The notes below the pieces were generated by a model. That model was not told the origin of the DNA, made no database searches, and saw only the letters and a program-made list of their open reading frames with translations. The position numbers and the translations under genes are program-made. From an uncultured Bacilli bacterium (GTDB lineage Bacteria > Bacillota_I > Bacilli_A > RF39 > UBA660), in the NCBI GenBank assembly GCA_947628965.1, contig CANRBV010000005.1, forward strand, positions 1-51,925: 51,925 nucleotides of DNA. Reading direction: 5' to 3'. How positions within the stretch are numbered: position 1 is the first letter of the stretch; every line of letters begins with the position of its first letter. This document shows, piece by piece, positions 18,613-30,700 of the stretch.

Positions 18613-20799
18613 CTATTCATCCTTTTTCTTCTTTATAGTTACTCTTTTTTTAACTTTTTCTTTTTCCATATTTTTTTCTTTTGGTAATGCTTCTTTTCTA
18701 GATAAGTTTAAACGTCCTCTATTATCATAACCTAAACTTTTAACAACAATTTTATCGCCAACTTTAAATAAATCACTTGGTTTATTTACTCTTTCATGAG
18801 CAAGTTGGGAAACGTGTACCAATCCTTCACAACCACTCCATAATTCTACAAAGCAACCAAAGTCTTCTACTTTTGTAACGGTTCCTGTATAGATTTCACC
18901 CTCTTCTACCACACGCACAACATTTAAAATCATTTCTTTGGTTTTTTTAATAATTTCTGGATCGGTATGATAAATGATGACACGTCCATCATCTTCTAAA
19001 TCGACTTTAACGGCATCTTTATCATTTACTGTAGAAACATTACTAGCTTCTAAGATAATTTTTGTAATCATTTCGCCACCGCGACCAATTACGTCTTTAA
19101 TCTTTTCAGGATCAATTCTGAATGTTTCAATTTTAGGTGCATATGGAGATAATTCTTTACGTGGTTCTTTAATACAATCGGTCATGACATCTAATATTTC
19201 AAGTCTTGCTTTTTTTGCTTGGGCAAGGGCTTCTTTTAAAATGTTTTTGGTAACACCTTTGATTTTAATATCCATTTGTAAAGCACAAATACCATCTTTT
19301 GTTCCAGCAACTTTAAAATCCATATCTCCCATGTGGTCTTCTAACCCAGCAATATCGGTTAAGATGGTGTATTTTTTACCATTCGTAATTAAGCCCATCG
19401 CTATACCTGCGACTGGTTTTTTAATCGGAACTCCTGCAGCCATTAAAGAAAGACATCCCGCACAAATGGTTGCTTGACTACTTGAACCATTACTTTCTAG
19501 TATTTCACTTACGACACGAATCGTATAAGGAAATTCTTCTTCACTAGGTATTACTTGAGCAAGAGCTCTTTCTCCTAAAGCTCCATGACCGATTTCACGT
19601 CGACCTGGAGAACCATATCTACCAGTTTCACCAACAGAAAATTGCGGGAAGTTATAGTGAAGCATGAATCGTTTGGTATCTTCAAGACCTAGTCCATCAA
19701 GAATTTGATGTTCTCCTAAAGCCCCTAGTGTTGTGGTGGCTAAACTTTGGGTTTCACCACGCGTAAATAAAGCACTACCATGTGGTCGAGGCAAAATATC
19801 GACTTGGGCATCCAAATGTCTTATTTCGTCCATCGCTCTTCCATCTGGTCTTACTTTCTTCTCTGTAATTAAACGTCTTACCTCGTCGCCTTCAATCGTA
19901 TCGACAACCTTTTTAACATCTTTTAAAATTTGTTCGATGTTTTCATCATTTGCATAGATTTCGGCAAAATTTTCTAAAGTAGAATTTTTTACCTCTTCAA
20001 TTCGTTCATAACTTGCTAGTTTATCTTTAATTTGAATAGCTGAAAGCATATCTTTTGTTGCATACTCTCTTACCGCGCGTTCTAATTCTTCATCGATAGA
20101 TGCAACGGCAAGTTCTTGTTTTTGAATACCGATTTCATCAATAATCTTTTGTTCAAATTCACATAACGTTTTAATATGCTCATGTCCAAACATTAAAGCT
20201 TCTAACATGTCTTTTTCACTTAATTCTTGGGCACCTGCTTCCACCATACAAATAGCATCTTTTGTTCCAGCAACAGTTAAATTAAGACTACTTTGTTCTA
20301 ATTCTTCTACTGTTGGATTAATAATAAATTTTTTACCAATTTTACCAACTACAACTCCCGCCACTGGTCCATCAAAAGGAATATCACTAATTCCTAAACA
20401 TAAACTTGAACCAAATAATGCCGCCATAATAGGAGAATTATCTTGGTCAACAGATAAGACTGTGTTAATCACTTGAATTTCATTTCTTAAATTCTCATCA
20501 AACATTGGACGAATTGGACGGTCAATAATTCTTGCCGCAAGTGTTGCTTCATCCGTAGGACGTCCTTCCCTTTTAATAAACCCTCCTGGTATTTTACCAA
20601 CAGAATATAATTTTTCTTGGTATAAAACGGTTAATGGGAAAAAGTCTGCCGTTATGGTATTTTTTCCCATTACACAAACGGATAAGATAACGGTATCTCC
20701 ATAACGAACCAGTACTGACCCATTGGTTTGTTTTGCTAGTTCTCCAGTTTCTACTACTAAATCTCTTCCTAAAAAATCTAATTTAAATACTTTCTTCAT
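18613..20799 (-). CDS. pnp: Polyribonucleotide nucleotidyltransferase
   Basis: [40 protein letters not shown] and S1 domains. Confidence 0.98.
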   Translation of the reverse strand: MKKVFKLDFLGRDLVVETGELAKQTNGSVLVRYGDTVILSVCVMGKNTITADFFPLTVLYQEKLYSVGKIPGGFIKREGRPTDEATLAARIIDRPIRPMFDENLRNEIQVINTVLSVDQDNSPIMAALFGSSLCLGISDIPFDGPVAGVVVGKIGKKFIINPTVEELEQSSLNLTVAGTKDAICMVEAGAQELSEKDMLEALMFGHEHIKTLCEFEQKIIDEIGIQKQELAVASIDEELERAVREYATKDMLSAIQIKDKLASYERIEEVKNSTLENFAEIYANDENIEQILKDVKKVVDTIEGDEVRRLITEKKVRPDGRAMDEIRHLDAQVDILPRPHGSALFTRGETQSLATTTLGALGEHQILDGLGLEDTKRFMLHYNFPQFSVGETGRYGSPGRREIGHGALGERALAQVIPSEEEFPYTIRVVSEILESNGSSSQATICAGCLSLMAAGVPIKKPVAGIAMGLITNGKKYTILTDIAGLEDHMGDMDFKVAGTKDGICALQMDIKIKGVTKNILKEALAQAKKARLEILDVMTDCIKEPRKELSPYAPKIETFRIDPEKIKDVIGRGGEMITKIILEASNVSTVNDKDAVKVDLEDDGRVIIYHTDPEIIKKTKEMILNVVRVVEEGEIYTGTVTKVEDFGCFVELWSGCEGLVHVSQLAHERVNKPSDLFKVGDKIVVKSLGYDNRGRLNLSRKEALPKEKNMEKEKVKKRVTIKKKKDE

Positions 20800-20821
20800 T
20801 TTTTTCCTCCTTTACTAGCAT

Positions 20822-20850
20822 AAAAAAAGACACTTTAAAAAACAAGTGCC
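20822..20850 (-). terminator. rpsO terminator
   Basis: GGCACTT...AAGTGTC followed by a T-run on -. Confidence 0.65.
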
Positions 20851-21120
20851 CTATTTTCTTAAATTTAATTTTTCAATTAGATTACGATAAGATACAACAT
20901 TATTTTCTTTTAAGTAATCTAATAGTTTTCTTCTTTTACCAACCATCATTAAAAGGCCTCTTTTAGAATGAAAATCATGGATGTGTACTTTTAAGTGTTC
21001 AGTTAATGCATTAATTTCTTTTGTTAAAATTGCAATTTGAACCTCTGTAGATCCACAATCTTTTTCATTTTTACCAAACTCTTTAATGATTGCTTGTTTT
21101 TCTTCTTTGGTAACTGCCAT
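20851..21120 (-). CDS. rpsO: 30S ribosomal protein S15
   Basis: [33 protein letters not shown]. Confidence 0.98.
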   Translation of the reverse strand: MAVTKEEKQAIIKEFGKNEKDCGSTEVQIAILTKEINALTEHLKVHIHDFHSKRGLLMMVGKRRKLLDYLKENNVVSYRNLIEKLNLRK

Positions 21121-21134
21121 ATTTTTTCCTCCTT

Positions 21135-21200
21135 ACTTTCTAATCGGTTTAAACTGAGTAAGAAAACGAGGTGTTTTTCTAACTAAGATTAAACTTCGTT
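21135..21200 (-). promoter_or_regulatory. Putative S15 autoregulatory leader
   Basis: Long imperfect hairpin GTTTAA..AGT.AGAAAA-loop-TTTTCT.ACT..TTAAAC just upstream of the rpsO RBS. Confidence 0.5.
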
Positions 21201-21266
21201 TATATTATATTATAACTTATATAAAAATTGCAATATTTTTTTATAATTTATACATGCATGTACTCT

Positions 21267-21707
21267 TTATCTTGATTTTACACGTTGTTTTTTTAAGTCT
21301 TCGGAAACAATGCAAAAAAATCGATCTATTTCTTGATTTTCTAAAACATTCAAATCTGTAAAATTGGTCATTACTTTTAAAAAAGCCCTTTTTAACTCTA
21401 ACCCTTCTATATAAGTAAAACACTCTAGTACTTGTGGTAACCACTTTATTAATACATCTACATCCGTAGTTTCTAAAATATATTTACTATAATTTTTTAA
21501 ACCCATAATGCGAACAATACAAATATAATGATAAAAATCATTAAAATCAAAAGAAATAGGAATATTTAGAATTTGATTTAAATCTTCATGATAGAAAATG
21601 GCCTTTTCAATATCTAAAGGTATCAAATCTATCTTTTGGTCTTTTAATTCTTTATTGATTTTTGTATATAAAATATTTGCTATTTTTTTTATTTCTACTT
21701 TATCCAT
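21267..21707 (-). CDS. Hypothetical protein
   Basis: 146-aa ORF with GAGG RBS, between truB and rpsO. Confidence 0.7.
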   Translation of the reverse strand: MDKVEIKKIANILYTKINKELKDQKIDLIPLDIEKAIFYHEDLNQILNIPISFDFNDFYHYICIVRIMGLKNYSKYILETTDVDVLIKWLPQVLECFTYIEGLELKRAFLKVMTNFTDLNVLENQEIDRFFCIVSEDLKKQRVKSR

Positions 21708-21765
21708 AACAAAACCTCTTTTTTAAAGTAATCTTAATCTAGCATAAAAGAGAACAAAAAGCAAT

Positions 21766-22605
21766 TTATAAAACAAAAACTGGTTTATAAATTGCATCTT
21801 TCTTTTCATATAAAGCAACAATCTTGTTTTCATACTCTAAAAGTATTTCCTTACTCGTTTCTAAAAGTTCTAAAGTATTACCATTTTTTACTTTTAGATA
21901 TTCTTTTTCTTTTAAAGAGTAACGAGGATAAGTAAAAATATCTTCTAATTGAAGTATTTTAAAATTTCCATTTTGAATTTCTTGTAAAGTATAACCTTCT
22001 TCAAGAGTAAAATTTCCTTGTCTTATACGGATTAAATTAGACATTGTTCCTAAAACATTTAACTTAATACAAATATCACGTATTAAACTGCGAATATAAG
22101 TTCCTTTGGAAACTACACATGAAAACGTAATATGATTTTCTTTATACTCTAAAAGTTTTATTTTTTTTATTTCGATTTCTCTTTTAGGTAATTCTACATA
22201 AATATTTTCTCTTGCGTATTCATACAATTTTTTTCCTTTTATTTTAATTGCTGAAAATTTAGGAACTTCTTGCATAGTTTTTCCTAAAAAGGAATTTAAT
22301 GTTTTACGAATATCTTCTTCGTTTAAAGGCATCGGTTCTTCTTTTTCTAAGATAGTTCCTGTACAATCTAAAGTATCGGTTTTTATTCCCAACTCTATTG
22401 TGGCAATATACTCCTTTTCATGATTGGTTATTTTTTCTACTAATTTGGTATATTTTCCAATACAGACAACCAATACTCCACTAGCTATAGGATCAAGTGT
22501 TCCTGTATGACCTATTTTTTTGGTATGAAAAAGCTTATTTAAGATATTTATTACATCACGGCTTGTATACCCAGCACTTTTATTGACTACTAGAACACCA
22601 TTCAT
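21766..22605 (-). CDS. truB: tRNA pseudouridine(55) synthase
   Basis: KIGHTGTLDPIASGVL, VSKGTYIRSL. Confidence 0.97.
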   Translation of the reverse strand: MNGVLVVNKSAGYTSRDVINILNKLFHTKKIGHTGTLDPIASGVLVVCIGKYTKLVEKITNHEKEYIATIELGIKTDTLDCTGTILEKEEPMPLNEEDIRKTLNSFLGKTMQEVPKFSAIKIKGKKLYEYARENIYVELPKREIEIKKIKLLEYKENHITFSCVVSKGTYIRSLIRDICIKLNVLGTMSNLIRIRQGNFTLEEGYTLQEIQNGNFKILQLEDIFTYPRYSLKEKEYLKVKNGNTLELLETSKEILLEYENKIVALYEKKDAIYKPVFVL

Positions 22606-22955
22606 TCTTCATTATCTTTCTTGTGAATTTCATCAATTATTTGTTCAATGTGCGCCCCATATTCAATAGATTCATCATAATAAAACTTAAGTTTTGGCGT
22701 ATTTCTTAAATCCATTTTTTCAGCCAACTCTTTTCGAATAAAAGATGAGGCTTCTTCCATTTCATATTCGAGTTCTCTATGCGTTTTATCTTCAATCAAA
22801 CTAGTAAAATATATTTTGGCATAGGACAAATCCGCTGCTACTTCTGCTCCCGTGATACTAATAGTTTTTAGTAAATCATCTCTTGCTTCTTCTAGTATAA
22901 TTTCACTAATTGCTTTTACCATTTCGCTTTCGATTCTCTTAATTTTAATACTCAT
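22602..22955 (-). CDS. rbfA: Ribosome-binding factor A
   Basis: DLSYAKIY, LRNTPKLKFYYDESIEYG; follows infB. Confidence 0.96.
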   Translation of the reverse strand: MSIKIKRIESEMVKAISEIILEEARDDLLKTISITGAEVAADLSYAKIYFTSLIEDKTHRELEYEMEEASSFIRKELAEKMDLRNTPKLKFYYDESIEYGAHIEQIIDEIHKKDNEE

Positions 22956-25066
22956 CTTTTAACCTCTACCATTTCATAGGATTTAATAATATCTCCCTCT
23001 TTAATATCACTAAAATTTTCTAAAGTTATTCCACATTCAAAACCTTTTTTAACTTCTTTTGCTACATCTTTTTCTCTTTGAACACTAGCAATTTTTCCTT
23101 CATAAACAACAATACCATCACGAATAAGTCTTGCAAGACTTCCATTTTTAATAGAACCTTCCGTAACATAGGATCCAGCAATATTACCGACTTTGGAGAA
23201 TTTAAATATTTTACGAATTTCTGCTTCTCCTAAATCCTTTTCTTCAAATTCTGGATCTAACATTCCTTTCATAGCAAGTTCCATTTCTTCTACTACTTTA
23301 TAAATAATGGTATAAAGGCGAATCTCAACATTGTATTCTTTTGCAATTTCTTTGGTCATTCCACTAGGACTTACGTTAAAACCAATAATGATAGCATTCG
23401 AAGCATTTGCTAAAACAACATCGCTTTCTGTAATTGTTCCGATTCCACTGCGGATAACTTTTACTTTTACGCCTTCGATATCTATTTTTTCTAAAGCATT
23501 TCGTACGGCTTCTTCGCTACCTCTTACATCAGCTTTTAATACAACATTTATTTCTTTTTGTCCTTCATTAATTTTACTGAATAAATCATCTAAAGATAAT
23601 GGATTTGATCTTGTTTTACTATCTCTTTCAGCGGATTTTCTTTTACTCGCTATAAGTTTAGCTTCACTTTCTGTTTCAAATGCCATAAAACGATCTCCTG
23701 CACTAGGATTATCCGATAAGCCAGTAATTTCAACTGGAGTAGAAGGCCCAGCACTTACAATGGATTGTCCTAAATCATTTTTCATAGTACGGATTTTACC
23801 AAAACAAGTGCCAACAACGACAGGATCTCCTAAACGTAATGTACCATTTTGAATTAAAAGAGAAGCAACACCACCGATATTCTTATCTACTCTACTTTCG
23901 ATAACTGAACCAACGGCATAACGATTTGGATTAGCTTTTAATTCTTTTACTTCACTAATTGTTTGAATTGTTTCTAAAAGTAAATCAACACCACTTCCCG
24001 TTTTAGCTGAAATATCAACAAATGGATATTCTCCGCCCCATTCTTCTGGTGTAATACCAGCTTCACTCATTTCTTGACGAATGCGTTCTTTATTTGCTTC
24101 TGGTTTATCAATTTTATTAACAGCAACAATAATTGGAACATCTGCCGCTTTCGCATGATCAATTGCTTCTTTCGTTTGAGGCATTACTCCATCATCTGCT
24201 GCAACAATAATGATGACAATATCTGTAACACTTGCTCCTCTAGCGCGCATTTCTGTGAATGCTGCATGTCCTGGAGTATCAATAAAAGTAATTATATTTC
24301 CATTATGCTCGACTTGATAGGCACCAATATGTTGGGTAATTCCTCCAAATTCACTTTCAGCTACTTTTGAATGGCGAATATAATCCAATAGAGAAGTTTT
24401 TCCATGATCAACATGACCCATAATAGTAACGACTGGTGGCCTTACAACTAAATCACTTTCATTATCTGTAATTTCATATTCTTCAAAATTAGAAACATCT
24501 TGAGTTTCTTCATCTTTAAGCGTTTTATTGTAATCCATAGCAATTAGCGAAGCATTATCAAAATCAATAGGTTGGTTAACATTTACCATTAAACCAAGCA
24601 TCATTAATTTTTTGATAATTTCGTTTGCATTAATTTCAAGTTCATCAGCCAAATCTTTAACCGTCATATTCTTTTTGTAAAGAATTATATTTTCATCGAC
24701 ACTATTTGACATTAATTTTTCTTTATGTTTATACATTTCTTTACGTTTTGTCATATATTCTTCTTGGTTATTGATATTTATTTGACTTTTCTTTTTTAGT
24801 TTTTGCTTTTTTTCACTATCATTCATTTTAACTAGAGAACTATTTTCCATGATTTCTTCTACAACTTCATCAATATCATCGCTATCTTCCAAAGTTGCCT
24901 CTGTATCTGTACTAATTAAACTAATAGCATTATCAAGGATTATGACATCATCTTCACTAAGTTCATCTGTCGCATTTTTTACTTCTATTCCAATTTCTTG
25001 GGCTTTTTTTAGCACTTCTGCAACGGATAAATCGACACTTTGGGCATATTCTTTAACATTCATCAT
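22952..25066 (-). CDS. infB: Translation initiation factor IF-2
   Basis: [24 protein letters not shown]. Confidence 0.98.
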   Translation of the reverse strand: MMNVKEYAQSVDLSVAEVLKKAQEIGIEVKNATDELSEDDVIILDNAISLISTDTEATLEDSDDIDEVVEEIMENSSLVKMNDSEKKQKLKKKSQININNQEEYMTKRKEMYKHKEKLMSNSVDENIILYKKNMTVKDLADELEINANEIIKKLMMLGLMVNVNQPIDFDNASLIAMDYNKTLKDEETQDVSNFEEYEITDNESDLVVRPPVVTIMGHVDHGKTSLLDYIRHSKVAESEFGGITQHIGAYQVEHNGNIITFIDTPGHAAFTEMRARGASVTDIVIIIVAADDGVMPQTKEAIDHAKAADVPIIVAVNKIDKPEANKERIRQEMSEAGITPEEWGGEYPFVDISAKTGSGVDLLLETIQTISEVKELKANPNRYAVGSVIESRVDKNIGGVASLLIQNGTLRLGDPVVVGTCFGKIRTMKNDLGQSIVSAGPSTPVEITGLSDNPSAGDRFMAFETESEAKLIASKRKSAERDSKTRSNPLSLDDLFSKINEGQKEINVVLKADVRGSEEAVRNALEKIDIEGVKVKVIRSGIGTITESDVVLANASNAIIIGFNVSPSGMTKEIAKEYNVEIRLYTIIYKVVEEMELAMKGMLDPEFEEKDLGEAEIRKIFKFSKVGNIAGSYVTEGSIKNGSLARLIRDGIVVYEGKIASVQREKDVAKEVKKGFECGITLENFSDIKEGDIIKSYEMVEVKR

Positions 25067-25368
25067 TTTACTTCACCTTCCTTTTCTATCTTATTTAATA
25101 ATTCTTCATAAATAGATTTTGGTACCTCTACTTCTAAGGCTCTATCTATTATTTTATTTTGCATTGCTTTTTTTATGACTTCTTGATCCTTTTTAACATA
25201 AGCTCCTTTGCCATTTGCTTTTCCTGTTAAATCAATAATAATTTCTTTCTCAGGAGTTCTTACAATACGGATTAAATCTTTTTTTTCTAATCTTTCCTTT
25301 GTTACAACACACATTCTTAAAGGTATTTTTCTTTGCTTCAAAAAATCACATCCTTTATTCTTTAACAA
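25063..25368 (-). CDS. ylxR: YlxR/RnpM (DUF448) RNA-binding protein
   Basis: RKIPLRMCVVT...DLIRIVR...GKANGKGAY; true start may be the TTG of LKQRK. Confidence 0.92.
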   Translation of the reverse strand: MLKNKGCDFLKQRKIPLRMCVVTKERLEKKDLIRIVRTPEKEIIIDLTGKANGKGAYVKKDQEVIKKAMQNKIIDRALEVEVPKSIYEELLNKIEKEGEVK

Positions 25369-25389
25369 CTTTAAAATATGATTTATATT

Positions 25390-26514
25390 CTATTCCGTCT
25401 TATTTCCCTCTTCATTAATTTGAGCAAGAGTTTTTACTTCAATTTTATATTTTGTTAAACGACTTGCAAGTTTTACATTGCTTCCTTTTTTACCAATGGC
25501 TAGACTTAAATTTTCATCATTTACAATTGCTAAGGCTTCCTTATTTTCGGCATCGACAATATTTACAATTACATCTTTTGCAGGACTTAAAGCATTTTTA
25601 ATAAATTCTTGCGGATCTTCACTATATAAAACTAAATCAACACGCTCACCATTTAATTCTTTTAAAATGTTAGCAATTCTGCTTCCTCTTTCTCCAATGC
25701 AAGCTCCAATTGGATCGACTTTATCATTTGTTGAGTATACAGCTACTTTGCTACGAATGCCAGCTTCTCTTACAACAGTATATAATTCAATGGTACCATC
25801 TGCTAGTTCGGGGATTTCCGTTTCAAATAAGCGTCTTACAAATCCATAATGTTTACGAGAAAGTAAAATTAATGGTCCTTTTGTTGTTGCTTCTACTTTT
25901 GTAATATAGACCTTTATGCTAGACCCCATTTTGACAACTTCATCTGGTATCATTTCGCTTTTAGGTAAAATACCACGCGTTCTTCCTAAATCGACGTAAT
26001 AGTTTCTGGCATCTTCCATGGCTAGCATTCCAACCATTAATTCGCCTTCTTTACCTTCAAATTCAGTCATAATACTATTTCTTTCTGCTTCGCGTATTTT
26101 TTGATTAATTACTTGTTTTGCTGTCGATGTAGCTACACGTCCAAAATCTTTTGGAGTTACTTCTTTTTCAATTGTTTCTCCTACTTTAATTCCAGGAACG
26201 ATTTTTTCAGCATCTTCTAAAAGAATTTGGGCATCTTCATTAATTTCTGGTGGTATTTTTACAATATTTCCTTCTTCATCCGTAGTTTCACTTCCCTCAT
26301 CATAATCTTCTACAACAACGAGATAAGAAATTACTTTAATCTCTCCAGTATCGGGATTAATATCAACTCGAACATTGGTTTTTGAATCAAAATTCTTTTT
26401 GTATGCGGTTGTTAGGGCAAGTTCCATTGCTTCTAATACAACCTCTCGACTAATATTTTTTTCTTCTACAATATGATCAAGTGCTTTTAAAAATTCTTTA
26501 GCATTCATTTTCAT
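25390..26514 (-). CDS. nusA: Transcription termination factor NusA
   Basis: FGRVA..TAKQVI, DPIGACIG, SLAIGKKGSNVKLA. Confidence 0.97.
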   Translation of the reverse strand: MKMNAKEFLKALDHIVEEKNISREVVLEAMELALTTAYKKNFDSKTNVRVDINPDTGEIKVISYLVVVEDYDEGSETTDEEGNIVKIPPEINEDAQILLEDAEKIVPGIKVGETIEKEVTPKDFGRVATSTAKQVINQKIREAERNSIMTEFEGKEGELMVGMLAMEDARNYYVDLGRTRGILPKSEMIPDEVVKMGSSIKVYITKVEATTKGPLILLSRKHYGFVRRLFETEIPELADGTIELYTVVREAGIRSKVAVYSTNDKVDPIGACIGERGSRIANILKELNGERVDLVLYSEDPQEFIKNALSPAKDVIVNIVDAENKEALAIVNDENLSLAIGKKGSNVKLASRLTKYKIEVKTLAQINEEGNKTE

Positions 26515-26764
26515 TCCCTCTTTCTTTACTTAAAACATCTAGAATATATTCTTCGTCAATTAGATCTAACTTATCAAGTATTGGATTTATTATATTAGTA
26601 GCCATAACTATTGTATCTAAATCAATTCCATTTACTTTATCAAGAACAATACGTAAGAAATTGTATTTACCTTCATGTTCAAAAGTAATACTATCTATAA
26701 CAATTTCTTTTTCTTTTAAAATACTTTCTAAAGACTCTCTAATTTTTTCTAATTTTGATTCCAT
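26498..26764 (-). CDS. rimP: Ribosome maturation factor RimP, N-terminal domain only
   Basis: FLRIVLDK..GIDLD...INPILD..DLIDEEYILDVLS; first gene of the nusA-infB operon. Confidence 0.8.
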   Translation of the reverse strand: MESKLEKIRESLESILKEKEIVIDSITFEHEGKYNFLRIVLDKVNGIDLDTIVMATNIINPILDKLDLIDEEYILDVLSKERGNENEC

Positions 26765-26784
26765 ATTCACCTCACCATTTCAAT

Positions 26785-26812
26785 AATAAAAGTGGGATTT
26801 TCATGCCCACTT
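26785..26812 (-). promoter_or_regulatory. rimP leader hairpin
   Basis: AAGTGGG-catgaaaat-CCCACTT plus T-run directly upstream of rimP, the layout of the known rimP leader. Confidence 0.75.
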
Positions 26813-26929
26813 ATATCTGTTAGTTGTATTTTAACAAAAGATTATCAAAAAGAAAAGCTTTTTTTACAATTTTAACTAAATTCCGTTCTATTTTATATGA
26901 AAATACATATTTATAAAGAGAAACTTCAT

Positions 26930-27113
26930 TTGACATTCCAAAGTTTTAGTGTATAATTAGTAAGTGCAATGAGTTAGGCAGAAGAAATGAAAAAAAGTAA
27001 CGTGTTTATAATGTTTCAAAGTATCAAAGCTGCCTTTTTGAGAAATGATTAATATAAACTCCCTATTTTTTTAATTTCATAACTTATAGCAAATAAAAAG
27101 AAAGGAGAAAATT
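26930..27113 (+). promoter_or_regulatory. rpsD promoter and putative S4 leader
   Basis: TTGACA-16 bp-TATAAT (26930-26957); ~150-nt leader with AGGCAG/CTGCCT pairing. Confidence 0.6.
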
Positions 27114-27716
27114 ATGGCAAGATACACAGGACCTGCTTATAAAAAAGCAAGAAGACTTAATTTTTCATTACTTGAAAATGGTCGTGAAATGGCACGTCGT
27201 CCTTATGCACCTGGTATGCATGGAGTTGATCGTCGTAAAAAAGTAAGTGAATATGGAGTCCAATTACAAGAAAAACAAAAAGTACGTTTGATGTATGGTT
27301 TAACTGAAAAACAATTTAGAAAAACATTTGAACATGCCTCTCGTATGAAAGGTGTAGCTGGTGAAAACTTACTTCGTTTATTAGAAAGTCGTTTAGATAA
27401 CATTGTTTATCGTATGGGACTAGCTAGAACAAGACGTGGAGCAAGACAAGTTGTCAATCATGGTCATATCCTAGTTAACGGTAAAAAGGTAAATATTCCT
27501 TCTTATCAAGTAAAGCCTGGCGATACTATTAGTGTTAAAGAACAATCTTTAGAGCATAAAGCAATCAAAGAATCTTTAGAAGCCAATGTAAAAAGCCCTG
27601 CTTATGTTACATTTGATGCTAAGAAAATGTCTGGTACTTATGTAAGATATCCAGATCGTAGTGAACTTAATAGTGAAATCGACGAAAGTCTTATTGTTGA
27701 ATTCTATAACAGATAA
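27114..27716 (+). CDS. rpsD: 30S ribosomal protein S4
   Basis: [38 protein letters not shown]. Confidence 0.99.
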   Translation: MARYTGPAYKKARRLNFSLLENGREMARRPYAPGMHGVDRRKKVSEYGVQLQEKQKVRLMYGLTEKQFRKTFEHASRMKGVAGENLLRLLESRLDNIVYRMGLARTRRGARQVVNHGHILVNGKKVNIPSYQVKPGDTISVKEQSLEHKAIKESLEANVKSPAYVTFDAKKMSGTYVRYPDRSELNSEIDESLIVEFYNR

Positions 27717-27748
27717 AAAAAGCGTTCAATTATTTGAACGTTTTTTTA
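27715..27748. terminator. Bidirectional terminator between rpsD and essC
   Basis: A-run-GCGTTCAA-ttat-TTGAACGT-T-run. Confidence 0.8.
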
Positions 27749-27751
27749 TAT

Positions 27752-30700
27752 CTAGATGTTTGTATCTTTTGCTTTAAAATCTGTAAGCAATTTCACTTTA
27801 TATAGTTTTGCATTATTTATTACATATCCAAAATCATTTGGAATTTCCTCTCGGTCGTCTCTTGTAATTTTAGAAATTTTAAACAATGTTTGATCAGCAA
27901 CCCCACTACCAATCCATATTCCTTTCGTCAAATCCGCACCAACCTTAAACCATTCTTCATAGGTAAATGGTTTAATCACATCTGGATTATCGATGATAAC
28001 AAAAGAAATTAAGTTCATTTGAGCATCTTTTTTCATACATTCTCCAAACCTTTTTTTCGCCTCATCGCTTAACTTATTCATAAAGGAATAAAGACCATAA
28101 ATAAAGCAATACATTTTCTTTTGATTTTGAATAGAATCAAGTTCCATATGATTTTGTTCGTAAATAGCATAGACTTGATCAATATAATCTAGTATTTTTA
28201 AAAGATTTTCTTCAATATTTTTAGTAATATAGTTTCGAGTTAAATTTTCATTTGTTATAACATGTTCAGACGCATTAAAGAAATAAAGATTTGCATATTT
28301 CTCATAACAAATTTGGTTAATAAAAGCATTAAGAGTGGCATCTACATTTTCAATATCATAAGAACCGATAAAATGTAGGGCATTCTTAGAAAAGTTATAT
28401 TTTTCAACGGTAAGTGTCTCTTTATTTACCCCTACTGCAATAGAAAAATCATGAGATAAAGCACTTTCGATACTTTCAAAATTAACAACTTCAGGTAAAA
28501 CAGGAATTTTCTTAGCTCGATAAAGAGAAGCTTTACTAAATTTTTCACATACTTCCCTTATGTATTCACTCGTATTTTCTTGTTTAATACTTGCTGTTTG
28601 AAATTCATAGATTTTATCCTTTTTAAATAACCCTCTTCCCTTAATCTTCGATGGAACTTTACCACGAACATTACCAAGAATGGCTGAATAATCAAAATCA
28701 TTATTTTGTTGCAATGCATAAATTAAATTAAAGTTTTGTTTTAAACGCATACGGACACTACTTTCACTTGAAGCACTCATAACAAAATATATTCCATAAC
28801 GTGTTGCTTCTCTAGTAATCGTTGTTAATTCTTCATTTAAATCTTCATAGTTTTCAACAAAAGCTTCATAGTTATTAAGGACCACCACAATATTGGGAAG
28901 CGTTTTACCACTTGAACGTAAATAATTTATATAACTACCACCGAAACTAGCAAATAAATTTTTTCGATTTTGTAATTCCTCTTCAATCATTTTAAATAAG
29001 TTAATAATTTTATCGGTATCTCCTAAATAGGCGATATCGCCAACATGAGGAGCAGAAACAAAATTACGTAGAGTTTCTCCGCCAAAATCTAAAAGATAGA
29101 AATTTAATTCGGCAATAGAATACGTTGTCATTCCAGAATAAACGAGTGTTTCTAAAAATTCTTCTTTGCCACTATCCGCAATACCATACACGATGGCATT
29201 TCCACTTTCAAATAAAGGAAGCGTTAAAACGTATTGATTTTGGCTATCTGGATCATCATATTCCCCAATAATAGGATTTAAAATATAATTTTGACGTTTA
29301 AAATTGTATTTACTTTTCAAACTATCCACATAAATTTTTTCGGGTATTTTTTCTAACCATAGTTTTTTAATCTCTATATGTTCATTTCTAGCCAGATCAC
29401 TTAAGTATTTTACAACGCTAGATAACTCTTCTCCCTCAGCATGAACAACTTGAGGTTTTTGCGTATCCTTACTCATAGTTGTAATTCCAATATTATTAAT
29501 CAAATTTACAGAAGTATCTACGTCTTTTTTAAACATTTGACTTGGGATGTATCTTGCTCCAGCCCAAGCAGCTTGTCCCAAAGTAAAGACTTCATCATAT
29601 CCAACTTGTAAATAGAACCTTCCTGTTTTCTTTAAATAAGCAGCGTCTGGTTTTTTTAATACTTCTTGAGAATCTCCTGTATCTTGTACTTTTAAACAAA
29701 CACGAAAACGCGTATTCGACCAAATTTGTTGGTCGACAACACCGCCAGGTTTTTGAGTAGCAAGTATTAAATGAACCCCTAAACTACGTCCCACACGAGC
29801 AACTGAAATTAACTTATCCATAAATTCTGGTTGTTGTTCTTTTAATTCGGCAAACTCATCACTAATAATGAATAAATGGGCAATTTGGTCTTTTCCTTTT
29901 AAGCGACCTTCACGCCACAATTTTTGGTATTTATAAATATCAATGGTACTTTCATTTGTCATGACTCTCGCTTCATTAAATTCTCTTTGACGTCTTTTAA
30001 TTTCACTTTCGATAGATGCAAGAGAACGTGTTAATTCACTTCCATCTAAGTTCGTCATTATTCCTGCTAAATGAGGAAGGGTATAGTAATCGTTTTGAAA
30101 AGCTAAGGCAAGTCCTCCACCCTTATAATCGATTAAAATCACTTGCACTTCATAAGGACTATAATTAACCGCTAAAGAAAGTACATAGGAAATAATAAAT
30201 TCAGATTTACCACTACCCGTTGTTCCAGCAATCAAACCATGGGGTCCATGATATTTTTCGTGTAAATCCAAACTAATAATTTCTCCACCTTTACCAATTC
30301 CAACAGGAGTTTGTAAAGAAAGCATTGGATTACTTTTTTTCCATCGATCTAGTGAATTTAATTGTTCTACTTTCCCAACTTGGTACATTTCTAAGAAATG
30401 ATAAACATCTGGTAAACTGCTTTCTGTTTCACTTTTTATTTCTACTTTAATATTAGCAAGTTCTTTACTACAATTGTAAAGTTCATCCATAGAAGATAAA
30501 TCCATTTTAAAACTTTGGGCTTGCTCATTTAAAACACTTTTAAAAATAGCACATTCTTCTTGATTCACATGAATAAAGTTTTTACATTCATTAGGACAAG
30601 CAGAAACACGATCGACTAACATAATGATACTAAATCCATAATTTTCACTACTTCCTAAAATATTTTTAATTAAATCATAATTATCAATAGATTTAATAGC

